From positions 25,082 through 89,081 of IMG/VR virus record IMGVR_UViG_3300043446_003867: 64,000 bases of DNA. The stretch is one strand, 5' to 3'. Shown here piece by piece: positions 52,729 through 63,331 of the stretch. Each line of letters begins with the position of its first letter. Position 1 is the first letter of the stretch. A program made the position numbers and the translations under genes. The notes beneath the pieces are model-generated. The model was not told where the DNA came from. It worked only from the letters and a program-made list of their open reading frames with translations, and made no database searches. Origin of the DNA: a virus.

Positions 52729-53085
52729 ATGGGTGCAGCACGTTTTCAGTTCGTCGCTCCGGCGGCTCCCGATGCGGCGCCGAACGCAACCGCGCCGATC
52801 GATTCGCGCCTCTTCTCGTTTCCCGTCGCCAACCAGGGCCTCGGGTCGCGCGTGTGGTTCGCGTCGGTCGGCGGGACGATCACGCTCCAGCTCTGGGCGT
52901 TTGAGCCGAGCATTCCCGGCGGCGGGCGCTGGTACGCGGTCGGCGCTCCGGTCGCGAGCACGGCGGCGGACACGCAGACGCTTTTCGCTGCGGCGTCGGT
53001 GCCGCTCGGCGTGCAGCTTTTCGCGCAGGTGACGGTGCTCGGCGCCGGCGTATCGCGCTTCTACGGCGGACTCGTCGAAACCTGA
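52729..53085 (+). CDS. Hypothetical virion protein
   Basis: 118-aa beta-rich ORF before fibre 1. Confidence 0.6.
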   Translation: MGAARFQFVAPAAPDAAPNATAPIDSRLFSFPVANQGLGSRVWFASVGGTITLQLWAFEPSIPGGGRWYAVGAPVASTAADTQTLFAAASVPLGVQLFAQVTVLGAGVSRFYGGLVET

Positions 53086-53130
53086 TCGGAGTGGTTGGAG
53101 CGTTGGGCCGTGCGCGCTACGATGGCGCGC

Positions 53131-56100
53131 ATGGCTCAATTCGTTCTGATCAATCCCGTTGGCACGCGATACGCTGGCGAAGTCCTCGACACTGTTCAGG
53201 ACGGGCAAGACGTCATTACGCAGCTCGCGTCGTTCGGTGGCGTCCTCGTGCCGCTGCCGAACGCGCTGCTTGAGCCCTACATCGCGCGCTGCGAGCAGCT
53301 TCGCGTCGTCGGTAACAACGACGAAGCGACCGCGATGATGCAGGCAGCCTACGCGAGCAGCACGGCGATCGCGGGCGGAGGAACGGCGGGCAAGGTGCCG
53401 CTGTGGACGGGCGTCGCGAACCTCGGCGACAGCGTGCTCACGCAGGTCGGGACGAAGATCGGCGTCAACGTGCCTGCACCGACGGCGTCTCTCTCGCTTC
53501 CCGCCGGACTCGTCACTGAGGCGTCGATGAACGTCGCCTCGGGTGTCGCGCCTGCGGCGCCGAACGCGGGCGATCTTTGGTTTGACGGGACGTATCTCTA
53601 CCTTCGAGCCGCTGGAACGAATCAGCCGCTCAATGCTCCCTTCGGGACGGGCACCGCGAACACGCTGACCATGTGGAGCGGGACGAGCGGACTCGTCAAC
53701 ACGGCGATCACGCAGGTTGCGGGTTCGATTCTTTCGCTCACGGGCCTTGTCGGCGGCGCTGGATACGCATCGACGTCTACGGCGATCGTCGCGCTTGGCA
53801 GTGGCAGCGGAACCGGCGCGACAGCGCAAATCGTCACGAGCGGCGGCGCGGTCACTTGGGTCGCACTGAAAGATCCGGGGCGCGGCTACACCGCGGGAGA
53901 CGTGCTCACGATTCCGGGCGGCAGCGGCACGATCACCGTGCTTGCAATCGTGCCGAAGAACGACGCGAGCGGGCACTTCACCGCGCAGCGCATCGGCGCT
54001 GGAACGACGCAACCGACCGCGGGCGTGGACAGCCGAGACGGCCTTCAGGTTAGCGGTTCGCAGGTCAAAAACGTGGAAGTTTTTTCCACGCTTGCGCCCG
54101 TGACGATCAACGCAGTCAACAGCACGGAGTTTTACGGCACAGTGCCGTTTGGAAATAGTTTCTACGCGCACCTGGTGAACGTCGCCGCAAGCGCGACGGG
54201 CTTTGCCGCGGGAGGACTGATCCAATCTTGGGGGTCTTGGACCAATATTTCCGCGAGTAGCGGAGCGAATAGCCTTTTGTGCATCGGTGTAAACGCACAA
54301 GCAGGACGCAGCTACGCGGCCGACCAAAACACCAACGTGAACCTTACGGGAGGCACCTTCTCGTCGGTTCTTAGAAATGCGAACGCCTACACGACGAACA
54401 TCATGCGCGGTGTCACTGGCGGCGTTAGCTCGTTTTCGAGCGCGACTGGCACGGTGTCGGGTCGCGCGGTTGGGGGTGATTTTTCTGCGAATTTCACCAC
54501 GCCCGTGACCGTTGCGGATCTGCGCGTGATCGATGCAGCCCTCACGCTTTCGGGCAGTGCGGCGGCAACCATCGCGTACATGCTGCGCTTGCAAAGCGCG
54601 ACGTTCACTGCGCCAAGCGTGGCCCCGACGACGTACTGGGGTATCTCGCAGGAAGATACGCTCGCGAAGTCGCGTTTCTACGGCAACGTGGGCGTGGGTA
54701 ACGCGCTGGACGTCGGAGCGGGTAAGGTTATCGGCTCGTTGACGCTGACTAACGCGGGCGCCGGGGCAACGAACGGAACCTACAGCCAAGTTGCCCTCAC
54801 GGGCGGAAGCGGCACCGGAGCGACGGCGGACATCGTTGTCGCTGGCAACGTCGTGACGGTCCTTACGCTTCGCAATCCGGGGCAAGGGTATGCGGTAGGC
54901 AATACGCTAAGCACGGCAGCGATCGGTGGCGCTGGGTTCGTGTTCACCGTCGCGAGCACTGCATCAATCCTTCGGAGTGACGGAACGTCCGTTGCGCCTC
55001 GTGTTGGCGCAGGCAATACGGCGCCGGTTTCAACGCTTCACGTTAGCGGCGGCGCGGCGACGCTGGACGGATTTGATCGCGTATCGATTCCACAAGCGAG
55101 TACGAGCGTTCCTTACGGCAACTACGGCGTGCAGTTGCATCAAACGGGATCGACCGCGCTTACGAACGCGAATCCCTTTCAATACGCGCAGTGGATTAGC
55201 TCGTCGTTCGATGCGTCGGGAGCTACGACCGCAACGTCAATGTCGGGTATCTTCGCTTCGCCACTTGTCGCTGGCACGAACAATACCGCGAGCTACAGCG
55301 CGACGGGCGTATACGGCCAGATTCTTCGCTACGCGGCGAACGATACCGCTCAGGCAGCCGGATTTACGGGAACCGGCGGTAGCTTTCAGTTCCGCGTGGA
55401 TACCGGTGTAGGAAGCACCACGACGAGTAGCGGCATTGGTGTGTGGGCGCGCGTTACGAACAGTGCTGCGGCGCACACAATCACGAACAGCTATGTCTTT
55501 TATGGCCTGGCAACTGCGACCGGTAATCACACAACGCTTATCGGCTATCGATTTGCGCCCGTTACTGGTGCGGGAACGATCACGACGTTCTACGGCTTGC
55601 GCCTGGAAGCGACGACCGCGCCGACGATCACGAACCGTTGGGCGATCAGCCAGGAAGATCCTCTCGCCAAGTCTCGCCACTACGAGAACGTCGGCGTGGG
55701 CAACGGCTTGGATGTCGGCGCAGGCAAGGTTATCGGCTCGTTGACGCTCACGAACGGCGGAACCGGCTACACGAACGGGACTTACAGCCAAGTCGCGCTG
55801 ACGACCGTTACGGGAACGGGAAGCGGAGCGACGGCGGACATCGTGGTCGCTGGAGGCATCGTCACGACGGTTGCCCTTCGCGCTCCGGGACAGGGCTACG
55901 CGGTTGGCGACACGCTCTCGTGCGCGAGCATCGGAGCGGGATCGAACTTCCTCGTAACGGTCGCCACGACCGCAAGCATCCTTCGGAGTGATGGAACGTC
56001 CGTTGCGGCGCGTATCGGAGGCGGGACGACGACTCCGAGAGCATCGGCGGACATCGTCGGCGGATCGATTTTCGACGGCATCGGGACGTTTACTTTCGCG

Positions 56101-56895
56101 AACAGTGGCTTCGACAACTTGGGCCAGTTGTACGCAAGCATGTATGTCGGAAGTCTTTCTACGACAATCACGCCTACGATCAATTCTTTGACGACCGGCA
56201 TGATGGTGCAGGGCGTCTATAATCTCACGAACGTAACAACGTCTGGAGTCCAGGCGATTCGAGCGATCCCGATCGTCACGACATCCACCGCCGGTGGTTC
56301 ACATAACGTATCCGGGTTTAGCTCTACCATTTACCGGCGCGAACCGGGCGACCTTGCAACCGCAGCGACGATTACGGCTTACACGGCGTCTATCGGTGTA
56401 AATTCTGCGGCAGTAGGGTCGACATCTACCGGCGCGTTGACTGCGTTCAACGTATTCCTGAACAACGGTCTATCGACGCATACGATCGCGACAACTACCG
56501 GAGTCGATCTTCAGCCGACGTTCACGGGTACGACGACAACCTTTTACGGGTTCCGTCTCCGTTCTGGATCCGGCACCGGGACAATCGGGACGTATTACGG
56601 AATGCGACTTGAGTCGGTCGTTTCCGGCGCAATCACGACCCGATGGGGCATCTCGCAGGAAGACACCGCAGCAAACAACGTCCTCGCGGGCAAGACGGCG
56701 GCGGGTCAGGCGGCTGGAACGGCGGCGACGGCGTTCGTTGACGTCGGCAGCGGAGGCGCTACGAACGCGCAGCTCCGTCTCCGTACGACCGGCGGAACGG
56801 CGCCCTCTGCCCCGAACGATGGTGATATCTGGTTCGACGGAACCGCGCTCAAGATCCGCATCGCCGGTGTGACCCGAACGGTGACGGTCACCTGA
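53131..56895 (+). CDS. Long fibre protein 1 (repeat-built)
   Basis: G/T/A/S-rich, repeated GTGATADIVV module, APNDGDIWFDG motifs. Confidence 0.85.
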   Translation: MAQFVLINPVGTRYAGEVLDTVQDGQDVITQLASFGGVLVPLPNALLEPYIARCEQLRVVGNNDEATAMMQAAYASSTAIAGGGTAGKVPLWTGVANLGDSVLTQVGTKIGVNVPAPTASLSLPAGLVTEASMNVASGVAPAAPNAGDLWFDGTYLYLRAAGTNQPLNAPFGTGTANTLTMWSGTSGLVNTAITQVAGSILSLTGLVGGAGYASTSTAIVALGSGSGTGATAQIVTSGGAVTWVALKDPGRGYTAGDVLTIPGGSGTITVLAIVPKNDASGHFTAQRIGAGTTQPTAGVDSRDGLQVSGSQVKNVEVFSTLAPVTINAVNSTEFYGTVPFGNSFYAHLVNVAASATGFAAGGLIQSWGSWTNISASSGANSLLCIGVNAQAGRSYAADQNTNVNLTGGTFSSVLRNANAYTTNIMRGVTGGVSSFSSATGTVSGRAVGGDFSANFTTPVTVADLRVIDAALTLSGSAAATIAYMLRLQSATFTAPSVAPTTYWGISQEDTLAKSRFYGNVGVGNALDVGAGKVIGSLTLTNAGAGATNGTYSQVALTGGSGTGATADIVVAGNVVTVLTLRNPGQGYAVGNTLSTAAIGGAGFVFTVASTASILRSDGTSVAPRVGAGNTAPVSTLHVSGGAATLDGFDRVSIPQASTSVPYGNYGVQLHQTGSTALTNANPFQYAQWISSSFDASGATTATSMSGIFASPLVAGTNNTASYSATGVYGQILRYAANDTAQAAGFTGTGGSFQFRVDTGVGSTTTSSGIGVWARVTNSAAAHTITNSYVFYGLATATGNHTTLIGYRFAPVTGAGTITTFYGLRLEATTAPTITNRWAISQEDPLAKSRHYENVGVGNGLDVGAGKVIGSLTLTNGGTGYTNGTYSQVALTTVTGTGSGATADIVVAGGIVTTVALRAPGQGYAVGDTLSCASIGAGSNFLVTVATTASILRSDGTSVAARIGGGTTTPRASADIVGGSIFDGIGTFTFANSGFDNLGQLYASMYVGSLSTTITPTINSLTTGMMVQGVYNLTNVTTSGVQAIRAIPIVTTSTAGGSHNVSGFSSTIYRREPGDLATAATITAYTASIGVNSAAVGSTSTGALTAFNVFLNNGLSTHTIATTTGVDLQPTFTGTTTTFYGFRLRSGSGTGTIGTYYGMRLESVVSGAITTRWGISQEDTAANNVLAGKTAAGQAAGTAATAFVDVGSGGATNAQLRLRTTGGTAPSAPNDGDIWFDGTALKIRIAGVTRTVTVT

Positions 56896-59800
56896 TTCAC
56901 ACGAAGGAAAAGAACCATGCACGCAGTTATCGACCCAGTTCAGATCAGCGGCCTCTCGGGCTCTGGCACCGCAACGCAGCTTCACGTCGTCCTCGTCGGA
57001 GAGACGAAGGCGAAGGACTACGGTCACGCGCGCGTCTCGTACGACATCGTTAGCGAGGACAACCTCACGCTCTCGCAGGGCAACGTGCAGATGAGCGACG
57101 CGGACTACGCGGCGGGCAAGGCGAGCGACGCGGAAGTCGCTGGCTGGCTCGCGAGTCTCCTCGGCTTCAAGGCGACGAGCGTGGTGAGCGATCCCGCGCC
57201 GGTGCGCACGGTCGACGAGGTGCAGGAGCCGGAACAGCCAGGCGCCTGATTCGCACAACGAAAGACGCGCAGAGCGGCACGGGGTCAGCTACCCTGTGCC
57301 GCGTTGTTTTGAGGAGACGACGACGATGGCTCAATTCGTTCTGATCAACGCGATCGGCACGCGCCGCGCAGGTGAAGTCCTTGATTCGGTCCAGGACGGG
57401 CAGGCAGTGATCACGCAGCTTGCGGCGTTCGGCGGCGTTCTCGTCCCGCTCCCGAACGCGACGCTTCAGCCGTACATCGACGCGGCGCAGCTCGCCTACG
57501 ATCGCGCGGACTCGACGCAAGCGCAGAACATCATGCTGGCCGGGTACGCCTCAACGACGGCGATCGCCGGTGGCGGCACGGCGGGCACGATCCCGATCTG
57601 GACTGCGGGCTCCGTACTGGGCGACAGCGTGCTCCAGCAGGCGGGGGCGCTGGTCGGCGTGAACGTCGCTCCTACGGCGTCCCTGAGCCTTCCTGGGGGC
57701 CTCGCTGCGGCAGCGTCGATGAACTTCGCGACGGGCGTCGCTCCGGCGGCTCCGAACAGCGGCGACCTCTGGTTCGACGGGACTTACCTCTACCTTCGAG
57801 CGGCGGGAATCAATCAGCCGCTCAACGCTCCGTTTGGCACGGGTACGCCGAACGTGCTCACGAAGTGGAGCAGCGTGTCGGGGCTGACCGATACGGCGAT
57901 CACGGAGGCGAGCGGCGCGATCACGACGCTGGCGCTCACGAACCCCGGCGCAGGTGCAACGAACGGCACTTACTCGCAGGTCGCGTTGACGACCGTTACG
58001 GGCACGGGCACTGGTGCGACGGCGGACATCGTCGTTGCGGGCAACGTCGTGACGTCGATCAAGCTTCGCGCTCCGGGAACTGGCTATGTGGCGGGTAACA
58101 CGCTCAGCACGGCGGCGATCGGCGGCGCAGGGTTCGTGTTCACCGTCTCGGCTGTAAGCGCGAGCGACAACGCGAGCGGCAACGTAACCGCGCTTCGGAT
58201 TGGCGCGGGTACGCCGAATCCGGTTGCAACGCTGGACGCGCTTGGTCTGACCGCCGTCCGAAAACTCGGATTTTACGCGTACAACATCCCCTCAACGAAC
58301 ACGAAAAGCAGCGCGGTTTCCGGGCTTGTCGTCGACACGTCTGGCGAATCGACTGGAGTTTACGCGGTCGCAAGCGATGAATCGGCGATTCGTGTCGTTC
58401 ACGAAGAGGCGCGAATCGACGCGAGTGCAAACACGTCTGGCGCGTCCATTTACGGTGGATATTTTGGCACTAGCCTCGTCGCTTCGGGTGGCGGAACGGC
58501 GTTTGTTCGCGGCGTTGGCGCGCTTGCGGCGGCGAGCGATTCTACGCTTTCCGGGCGCACGTTTGTTCTTTACGGCCTAGATGCACAGGCCAGCGTGGGC
58601 TCGGTCGGAACGGGCAACACGATCTCGTTCTTGTACGGTGGATTTTTTTCCACGCTCTGCACGGCAACGAGCGGCGCGCAGGCGATCACTACGAGGGTCG
58701 GCGTTAGCATCTCCGGCGGCACGTTCCAGGGCGCCGCGCACACGATTGCTTCGTACTACGCGATCCGAATTGCTGCGCCATCGCTTAGCAACGGCTCCAC
58801 GATCACAAGCGCCTGGGGCGTTTCGCAAGAATACGCAACGTCGCGAAATGCCTTCTACGGCAACTTTGGTGTCGGTAACGCTCTCGACGTCGGAACCGGC
58901 AAGGTCATCGCGAGCTTGACGCTGACCAACGGCGGCACGGGCTACACGAACGCGACTTACTCTCAGGTCGCGCTGACGACGGTGACGGGAAGCGGCTCCG
59001 GAGCGACTGCGGACATCATCGTTGCTGGCGGTATCGTCACGACGGTCGTGCTGCGCGCGCCGGGTCAAGGGTACGCGGTCGGCGACACTCTCTCGTCTGC
59101 GAGCATTGGCGCTGGCGCGAACTTCCTCCTCACGGTTGCGACGACCGCGAGCATTCTGCGAAGCGATGGCACGGTGGTCGGGAATCGTCTCGGCGGCGGA
59201 ACGACAATTCCCCGCGCGGCGCTAGACGTCGTGAACGGAGCGATTTTTGATGGCTCGCAGATCGTCCTGATTCCGCAGGGAAGCGCTGCGGCGAGTGCGC
59301 GACTGGAGCAAGTCAGCATCTTCGGGACGATTGCCCCGACGGCGACTACGCCGCAGTCCATCTCGTCTTTTTCGTCCACGCCATACTACGATCTCACGAA
59401 CTACACCGGGACCGTCGTGTACAATCTCCGGTCAAATCCGGAGATAATCGCTACGCCTGCGGCGTTGAATCCGTTTGCGCGCGCGGTGAGCGCGAGTTTT
59501 ACGCGCAGAAATCCGGGGGATCTCAGCACGACTGGCACTTACGCGATCGGATCATTCGGGTTCTTCACGAGTTCCGGCGTCGGAAGCACGACGACGGGAA
59601 ACGCTTATCTCGTCGAAGCACCGTTTGCGAACAACGTAAGCGGTCACACGGTTTCTGTTGTTCAGAACTTCCGCTCGACAAATATCGTCGCAAACGGTGC
59701 AACCGTCACAACGCTGACCCAGTTTTATGGAGCGCCGATCGGTTCAACTGGCGGCACGATCACGACGCACTACGGGTTGCGCTTGGAAGCGTCGACGACG

Positions 59801-62190
59801 CCGACGATCACGAACCGTTGGGCGATTTCAACGGAAGATCCGCTATCGAAGTCCCGCCACTACGGCAACTTCGGCGTCGGTAACGTTCTCGACGTCGGCG
59901 CGGGCAAGGTCATCGCAAGCCTCACGCTCACGAACGCTGGCGCGGGAGCGACGAACGGAACCTACATCCAAGCCGCTCTTACGGGTGGCACTGGCACTGG
60001 TGCAACTGCCGACATCGTTGTCGCTGGCAACGTGGTTACGTCGCTTATTCTCCGCAACCCAGGTCAGGGTTACGCGGTCGGCGATACGTTGAGCACAGCC
60101 GCGATCGGCGGGGCGGGCTTCGTGTTCACCGTTGCCACAATCGCGAGCATCCTGCGGAGCGATGGAACGTCCGTCGCGACGCGTATCGGCGCTGGCATTA
60201 CAAGTCCTTCGTTCGGCGTCGATTCTCTTGGCGGCATTGCGGCGCGAGCGGCGACGCTTCAAACCGGACTCTCGTTTGGAACGACTAACACGAGCGGCTT
60301 CGCGCATCTCGTTGTGGATTCAAGCGGCGAATCCGGCAGCGTTTCGACGGTTCCGAACGGGTTTACGTACTACGGCGTACGCGTCCAATCTTCGCCAGAC
60401 TTTACGGCTGCCACGTCAAGTCAGAGTGCTTACGCCGGGATGTTCCAGCCGAACGTGCAGAACGGAGCAGCGGCGGCAACGATTACGTCATACGGCGTCG
60501 CCGCCGGATTCCGCTTCGGCAGTTCGACGATCACCGGCAGGACGTTTACAGCATACGGCGTTCTCGGATCGGTTTCTATGTACGCGCCGCTCGGTGCCGG
60601 AAACACATTCTCGGTGACTAACGTACGAGCGGTGTCGGTGGTAAGCCCGACAAACGCACAGACGTTTACGAGCTGGACGGAGTTCTTCGGCGGCACGGGG
60701 TTTAGCGGCGCTGCGCACACAATTACGACGTATTACGGTTTGCAGTTGTCTGGTCCGACTCTCTCGGGAGGCGCAACGGTCACGAACCGCTGGTCGATGT
60801 CGGTGGAAGACTCACTTGCGAGAAGTCGCCACTATGGCAACTTCGGCGTTGGTAACGCTCTCGACGTCGGAGCGGGCAAGATCATCGCTTCGCTCACGCT
60901 GACGGCGGGCGGAACGCTCTACACGAACGGTACTTACGCTCAGGTCGCTCTCACGGGCGGTACGGGCACCGGCGCGACCGCTGACATCGTTATCTCGGGC
61001 AACGCGGTCACGACTGTTGTGCTGCGCAATCCGGGCCAGGGCTACGTCGTCGGCGACGTCCTCTCGGTGGCGGCGGCTAGCGTCGGCGGTACGGGCTCCG
61101 GCTTCCAGGCGACGGTTGCCACGACCGCGTCGATCCTCCGGAGCGATGGAACGGTCGTCGCGCCGCGTTTCGGTGCGGGAACGACGAGCGCGGAGGCGCC
61201 GCTGCACGTCGTCGGCGGCGCAGCAATTCGTTCGGCTGGCTTGATTACCTCAACGGCGTTTACCGGGCTTAACGCTCCGATGTTCGCGCAGCTGGTGATC
61301 GACTCCGCGAACGAACCGAGCGGTAATACGGTCCTTCCGGCAACGACGCCAACGACCGCGAGTTACTACGACTCAATCTTCGTCGGAACGAAGTTCGACT
61401 TTAGCCTGCGGACTGGATCGTCGGCCGCCGCGGGTATCGAAACGAACCCGCAGATAGTCGCGGCAACAGCGGCCGGTACGGCAACGCTGTTCGGTGTGTT
61501 CGGGCAAGCGTCGCTAAACAGCACGTCTATCACGGGAAAGACGATCTCGCTTATCGGCGTCGGAGGCTATCCCAACGCCTACGAAACCGGCGCTGGAAAC
61601 ACGATTAGCGCGATCACGGGAGTGCAAAGTGTGCTGTCGGTAGTCGGCGGTCTTTCTGGGTCGTTCACTCCCCTTGCGGTAACTACGGCGCACGGATTCC
61701 GCCTTCGCGTATCGTATACGTCGGCGGCGCATACGATTACGACGCATTACGGGCTTCGCCTTGACGCGCCGACCGTGTCGGGCGGTGCGACGATCACGAA
61801 CCGTTGGGCGATCTCGCAGGAAGATGCGCTGGCGAAGTCGACGCACTACGGAAACTTCGGCGTTGGCAACGCTCTCGACGTCGGAGCGGGCAAGATCATC
61901 GCTTCGCTCACCCTCACGAACGCGGGTGCTGGAGCGACGAACGGAACCTACATCCAAGCCGCTCTTACGGGTGGCACTGGCACTGGTGCAACTGCCGACA
62001 TCGTTGTCGCCGGCAACGTGGTTACGTCTCTCGTGTTGCGTAACCCCGGTCAGGGATACACGGTGGGCGATACGCTCAGCACGGCGGCGATTGGTGGCGC
62101 GGGATTCGTGTTCACCGTCGCGAGTACTGCGTCGATCCTCCGGAGCGATGGCAGCGTGGTCGCTCCGCGCGTCGGAGCGGGAACGACGGC
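53730..62190 (+). repeat. Intragenic ~0.35-0.4 kb conserved modules recurring with ~1 kb period in both fibre genes
   Basis: Approximate copies at 54640, 55635, 58810, 59815, 60785, 61800 plus partial ones at 53730 and 57920; 59945-60024 identical to 61931-62010. Confidence 0.9.
56917..57249 (+). CDS. Putative fibre chaperone (paralog of 63328-63654)
   Basis: MHAVIDP...SGTATQLH shared with 63328-63654. Confidence 0.65.
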   Translation: MHAVIDPVQISGLSGSGTATQLHVVLVGETKAKDYGHARVSYDIVSEDNLTLSQGNVQMSDADYAAGKASDAEVAGWLASLLGFKATSVVSDPAPVRTVDEVQEPEQPGA

Positions 62191-63331
62191 GCCGATTACG
62201 ACGTCGCACGTTAACGGCGCTCAGATTATTTCGGGCATTGAGGCGTTCGCTCTCGATAACGGTTCGCCGACGTTTACAAATCAGTTTGTCACGGCGTCAC
62301 TTGTCCTCGGAGGACGAGCAGCCGCCGATAGCCCGACAACCGCTACAAATCAGTACCTCGTTTGCTTCGGCAAATGGGACGTTCGATCGGCGCCTACTAC
62401 TAGTTTTAACTTTGGCGGGCGGTTTCTTAACCGTCTCTTTCAATCAAACGCTGGTCAGACCGTTACCGTATCGGGAGTCCAAGGAAGTGCGGCGCGAGAC
62501 TTTTCAACAGGCGACGACGCAACCGCGGTGACGGTCGTTGGAGGTACGTTTAACGCGCAGGCGAACCGGAATACGGGATCAAGCCTCGAAGTGACGGGAA
62601 TTGAGGTTCGCGCCAACAATTTCCTAGCGGGTCATACAGTAACGACCCATCACCATATTAATCTCCCCGGCGCGCTTATTAACGGCGCGGTGACGACGTT
62701 CTATGGCCTGCGTATGCAGGCGCCGACGGGAACGGGCGTCATCACGAACCGCTACCCGATCGCGCAGGAGGACACGCTCGGGTCCAACTACGTTCGCGCG
62801 AAGACGTTCTTCGGTGCGGCGGTCGGCACGGCGGCGGCAACGACGGCGAGCGTTGAGATCACCGCGCAGGGCACGCTGAACGGCGACCTCCGCCTCAACT
62901 CGGCCAACGCGGTCGTTGACGTTTCGGCGGCGTCTAGCAACGGCGTGAAGTTCAACAACCGCGGCGGCGCTGGCATCACCAGCACGACGCAGTTGAACTA
63001 CGAGGAAGGCACCTACACGCCGACGCTCAGCGCGGGCTGGACGGCGACGGCGGGCAACTACTCGGGAACGTGGACGCGCAACGGTCGCCTCGTGACGCTC
63101 ACGATCCAGTTCACCGGCGGCACGAACAGCGGCGCGACGGGCGGCAGCACGATCAGCACGCCGGTCGGGCTTACGCCGGTCAGGAACGGCGCGGGAACAG
63201 CCGTCAACGTAAACGGCACCGCGCTCGGCAACGGCGTCGTCGTCGTCACGACGGCGGCCACGATCATCAACGCAAACGCAATCACCACGACCACGGTCGA
63301 TAAGACCATCGTGGTTCAGTACGAGGTATGA
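57326..63331 (+). CDS. Long fibre protein 2 (~2000 aa, repeat-built)
   Basis: GAGGAG RBS; N-terminus highly similar to fibre 1; five copies of the conserved module; YEEGTYTP C-terminal motif. Confidence 0.85.
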   Translation: MAQFVLINAIGTRRAGEVLDSVQDGQAVITQLAAFGGVLVPLPNATLQPYIDAAQLAYDRADSTQAQNIMLAGYASTTAIAGGGTAGTIPIWTAGSVLGDSVLQQAGALVGVNVAPTASLSLPGGLAAAASMNFATGVAPAAPNSGDLWFDGTYLYLRAAGINQPLNAPFGTGTPNVLTKWSSVSGLTDTAITEASGAITTLALTNPGAGATNGTYSQVALTTVTGTGTGATADIVVAGNVVTSIKLRAPGTGYVAGNTLSTAAIGGAGFVFTVSAVSASDNASGNVTALRIGAGTPNPVATLDALGLTAVRKLGFYAYNIPSTNTKSSAVSGLVVDTSGESTGVYAVASDESAIRVVHEEARIDASANTSGASIYGGYFGTSLVASGGGTAFVRGVGALAAASDSTLSGRTFVLYGLDAQASVGSVGTGNTISFLYGGFFSTLCTATSGAQAITTRVGVSISGGTFQGAAHTIASYYAIRIAAPSLSNGSTITSAWGVSQEYATSRNAFYGNFGVGNALDVGTGKVIASLTLTNGGTGYTNATYSQVALTTVTGSGSGATADIIVAGGIVTTVVLRAPGQGYAVGDTLSSASIGAGANFLLTVATTASILRSDGTVVGNRLGGGTTIPRAALDVVNGAIFDGSQIVLIPQGSAAASARLEQVSIFGTIAPTATTPQSISSFSSTPYYDLTNYTGTVVYNLRSNPEIIATPAALNPFARAVSASFTRRNPGDLSTTGTYAIGSFGFFTSSGVGSTTTGNAYLVEAPFANNVSGHTVSVVQNFRSTNIVANGATVTTLTQFYGAPIGSTGGTITTHYGLRLEASTTPTITNRWAISTEDPLSKSRHYGNFGVGNVLDVGAGKVIASLTLTNAGAGATNGTYIQAALTGGTGTGATADIVVAGNVVTSLILRNPGQGYAVGDTLSTAAIGGAGFVFTVATIASILRSDGTSVATRIGAGITSPSFGVDSLGGIAARAATLQTGLSFGTTNTSGFAHLVVDSSGESGSVSTVPNGFTYYGVRVQSSPDFTAATSSQSAYAGMFQPNVQNGAAAATITSYGVAAGFRFGSSTITGRTFTAYGVLGSVSMYAPLGAGNTFSVTNVRAVSVVSPTNAQTFTSWTEFFGGTGFSGAAHTITTYYGLQLSGPTLSGGATVTNRWSMSVEDSLARSRHYGNFGVGNALDVGAGKIIASLTLTAGGTLYTNGTYAQVALTGGTGTGATADIVISGNAVTTVVLRNPGQGYVVGDVLSVAAASVGGTGSGFQATVATTASILRSDGTVVAPRFGAGTTSAEAPLHVVGGAAIRSAGLITSTAFTGLNAPMFAQLVIDSANEPSGNTVLPATTPTTASYYDSIFVGTKFDFSLRTGSSAAAGIETNPQIVAATAAGTATLFGVFGQASLNSTSITGKTISLIGVGGYPNAYETGAGNTISAITGVQSVLSVVGGLSGSFTPLAVTTAHGFRLRVSYTSAAHTITTHYGLRLDAPTVSGGATITNRWAISQEDALAKSTHYGNFGVGNALDVGAGKIIASLTLTNAGAGATNGTYIQAALTGGTGTGATADIVVAGNVVTSLVLRNPGQGYTVGDTLSTAAIGGAGFVFTVASTASILRSDGSVVAPRVGAGTTAPITTSHVNGAQIISGIEAFALDNGSPTFTNQFVTASLVLGGRAAADSPTTATNQYLVCFGKWDVRSAPTTSFNFGGRFLNRLFQSNAGQTVTVSGVQGSAARDFSTGDDATAVTVVGGTFNAQANRNTGSSLEVTGIEVRANNFLAGHTVTTHHHINLPGALINGAVTTFYGLRMQAPTGTGVITNRYPIAQEDTLGSNYVRAKTFFGAAVGTAAATTASVEITAQGTLNGDLRLNSANAVVDVSAASSNGVKFNNRGGAGITSTTQLNYEEGTYTPTLSAGWTATAGNYSGTWTRNGRLVTLTIQFTGGTNSGATGGSTISTPVGLTPVRNGAGTAVNVNGTALGNGVVVVTTAATIINANAITTTTVDKTIVVQYEV

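Noticed and set aside
24489-54885. Long minus-strand ORFs (e.g. 24489-25904, 25933-27315, 33814-35493, 52519-54885)
   Set aside because: Arg-rich shadow frames antisense to well-supported genes, as expected in high-GC DNA
53131-63331. Diversity-generating retroelement or invertible shufflon acting on fibres
   Set aside because: No reverse transcriptase, no adenine-specific TR/VR pair, and all repeats are direct and in frame
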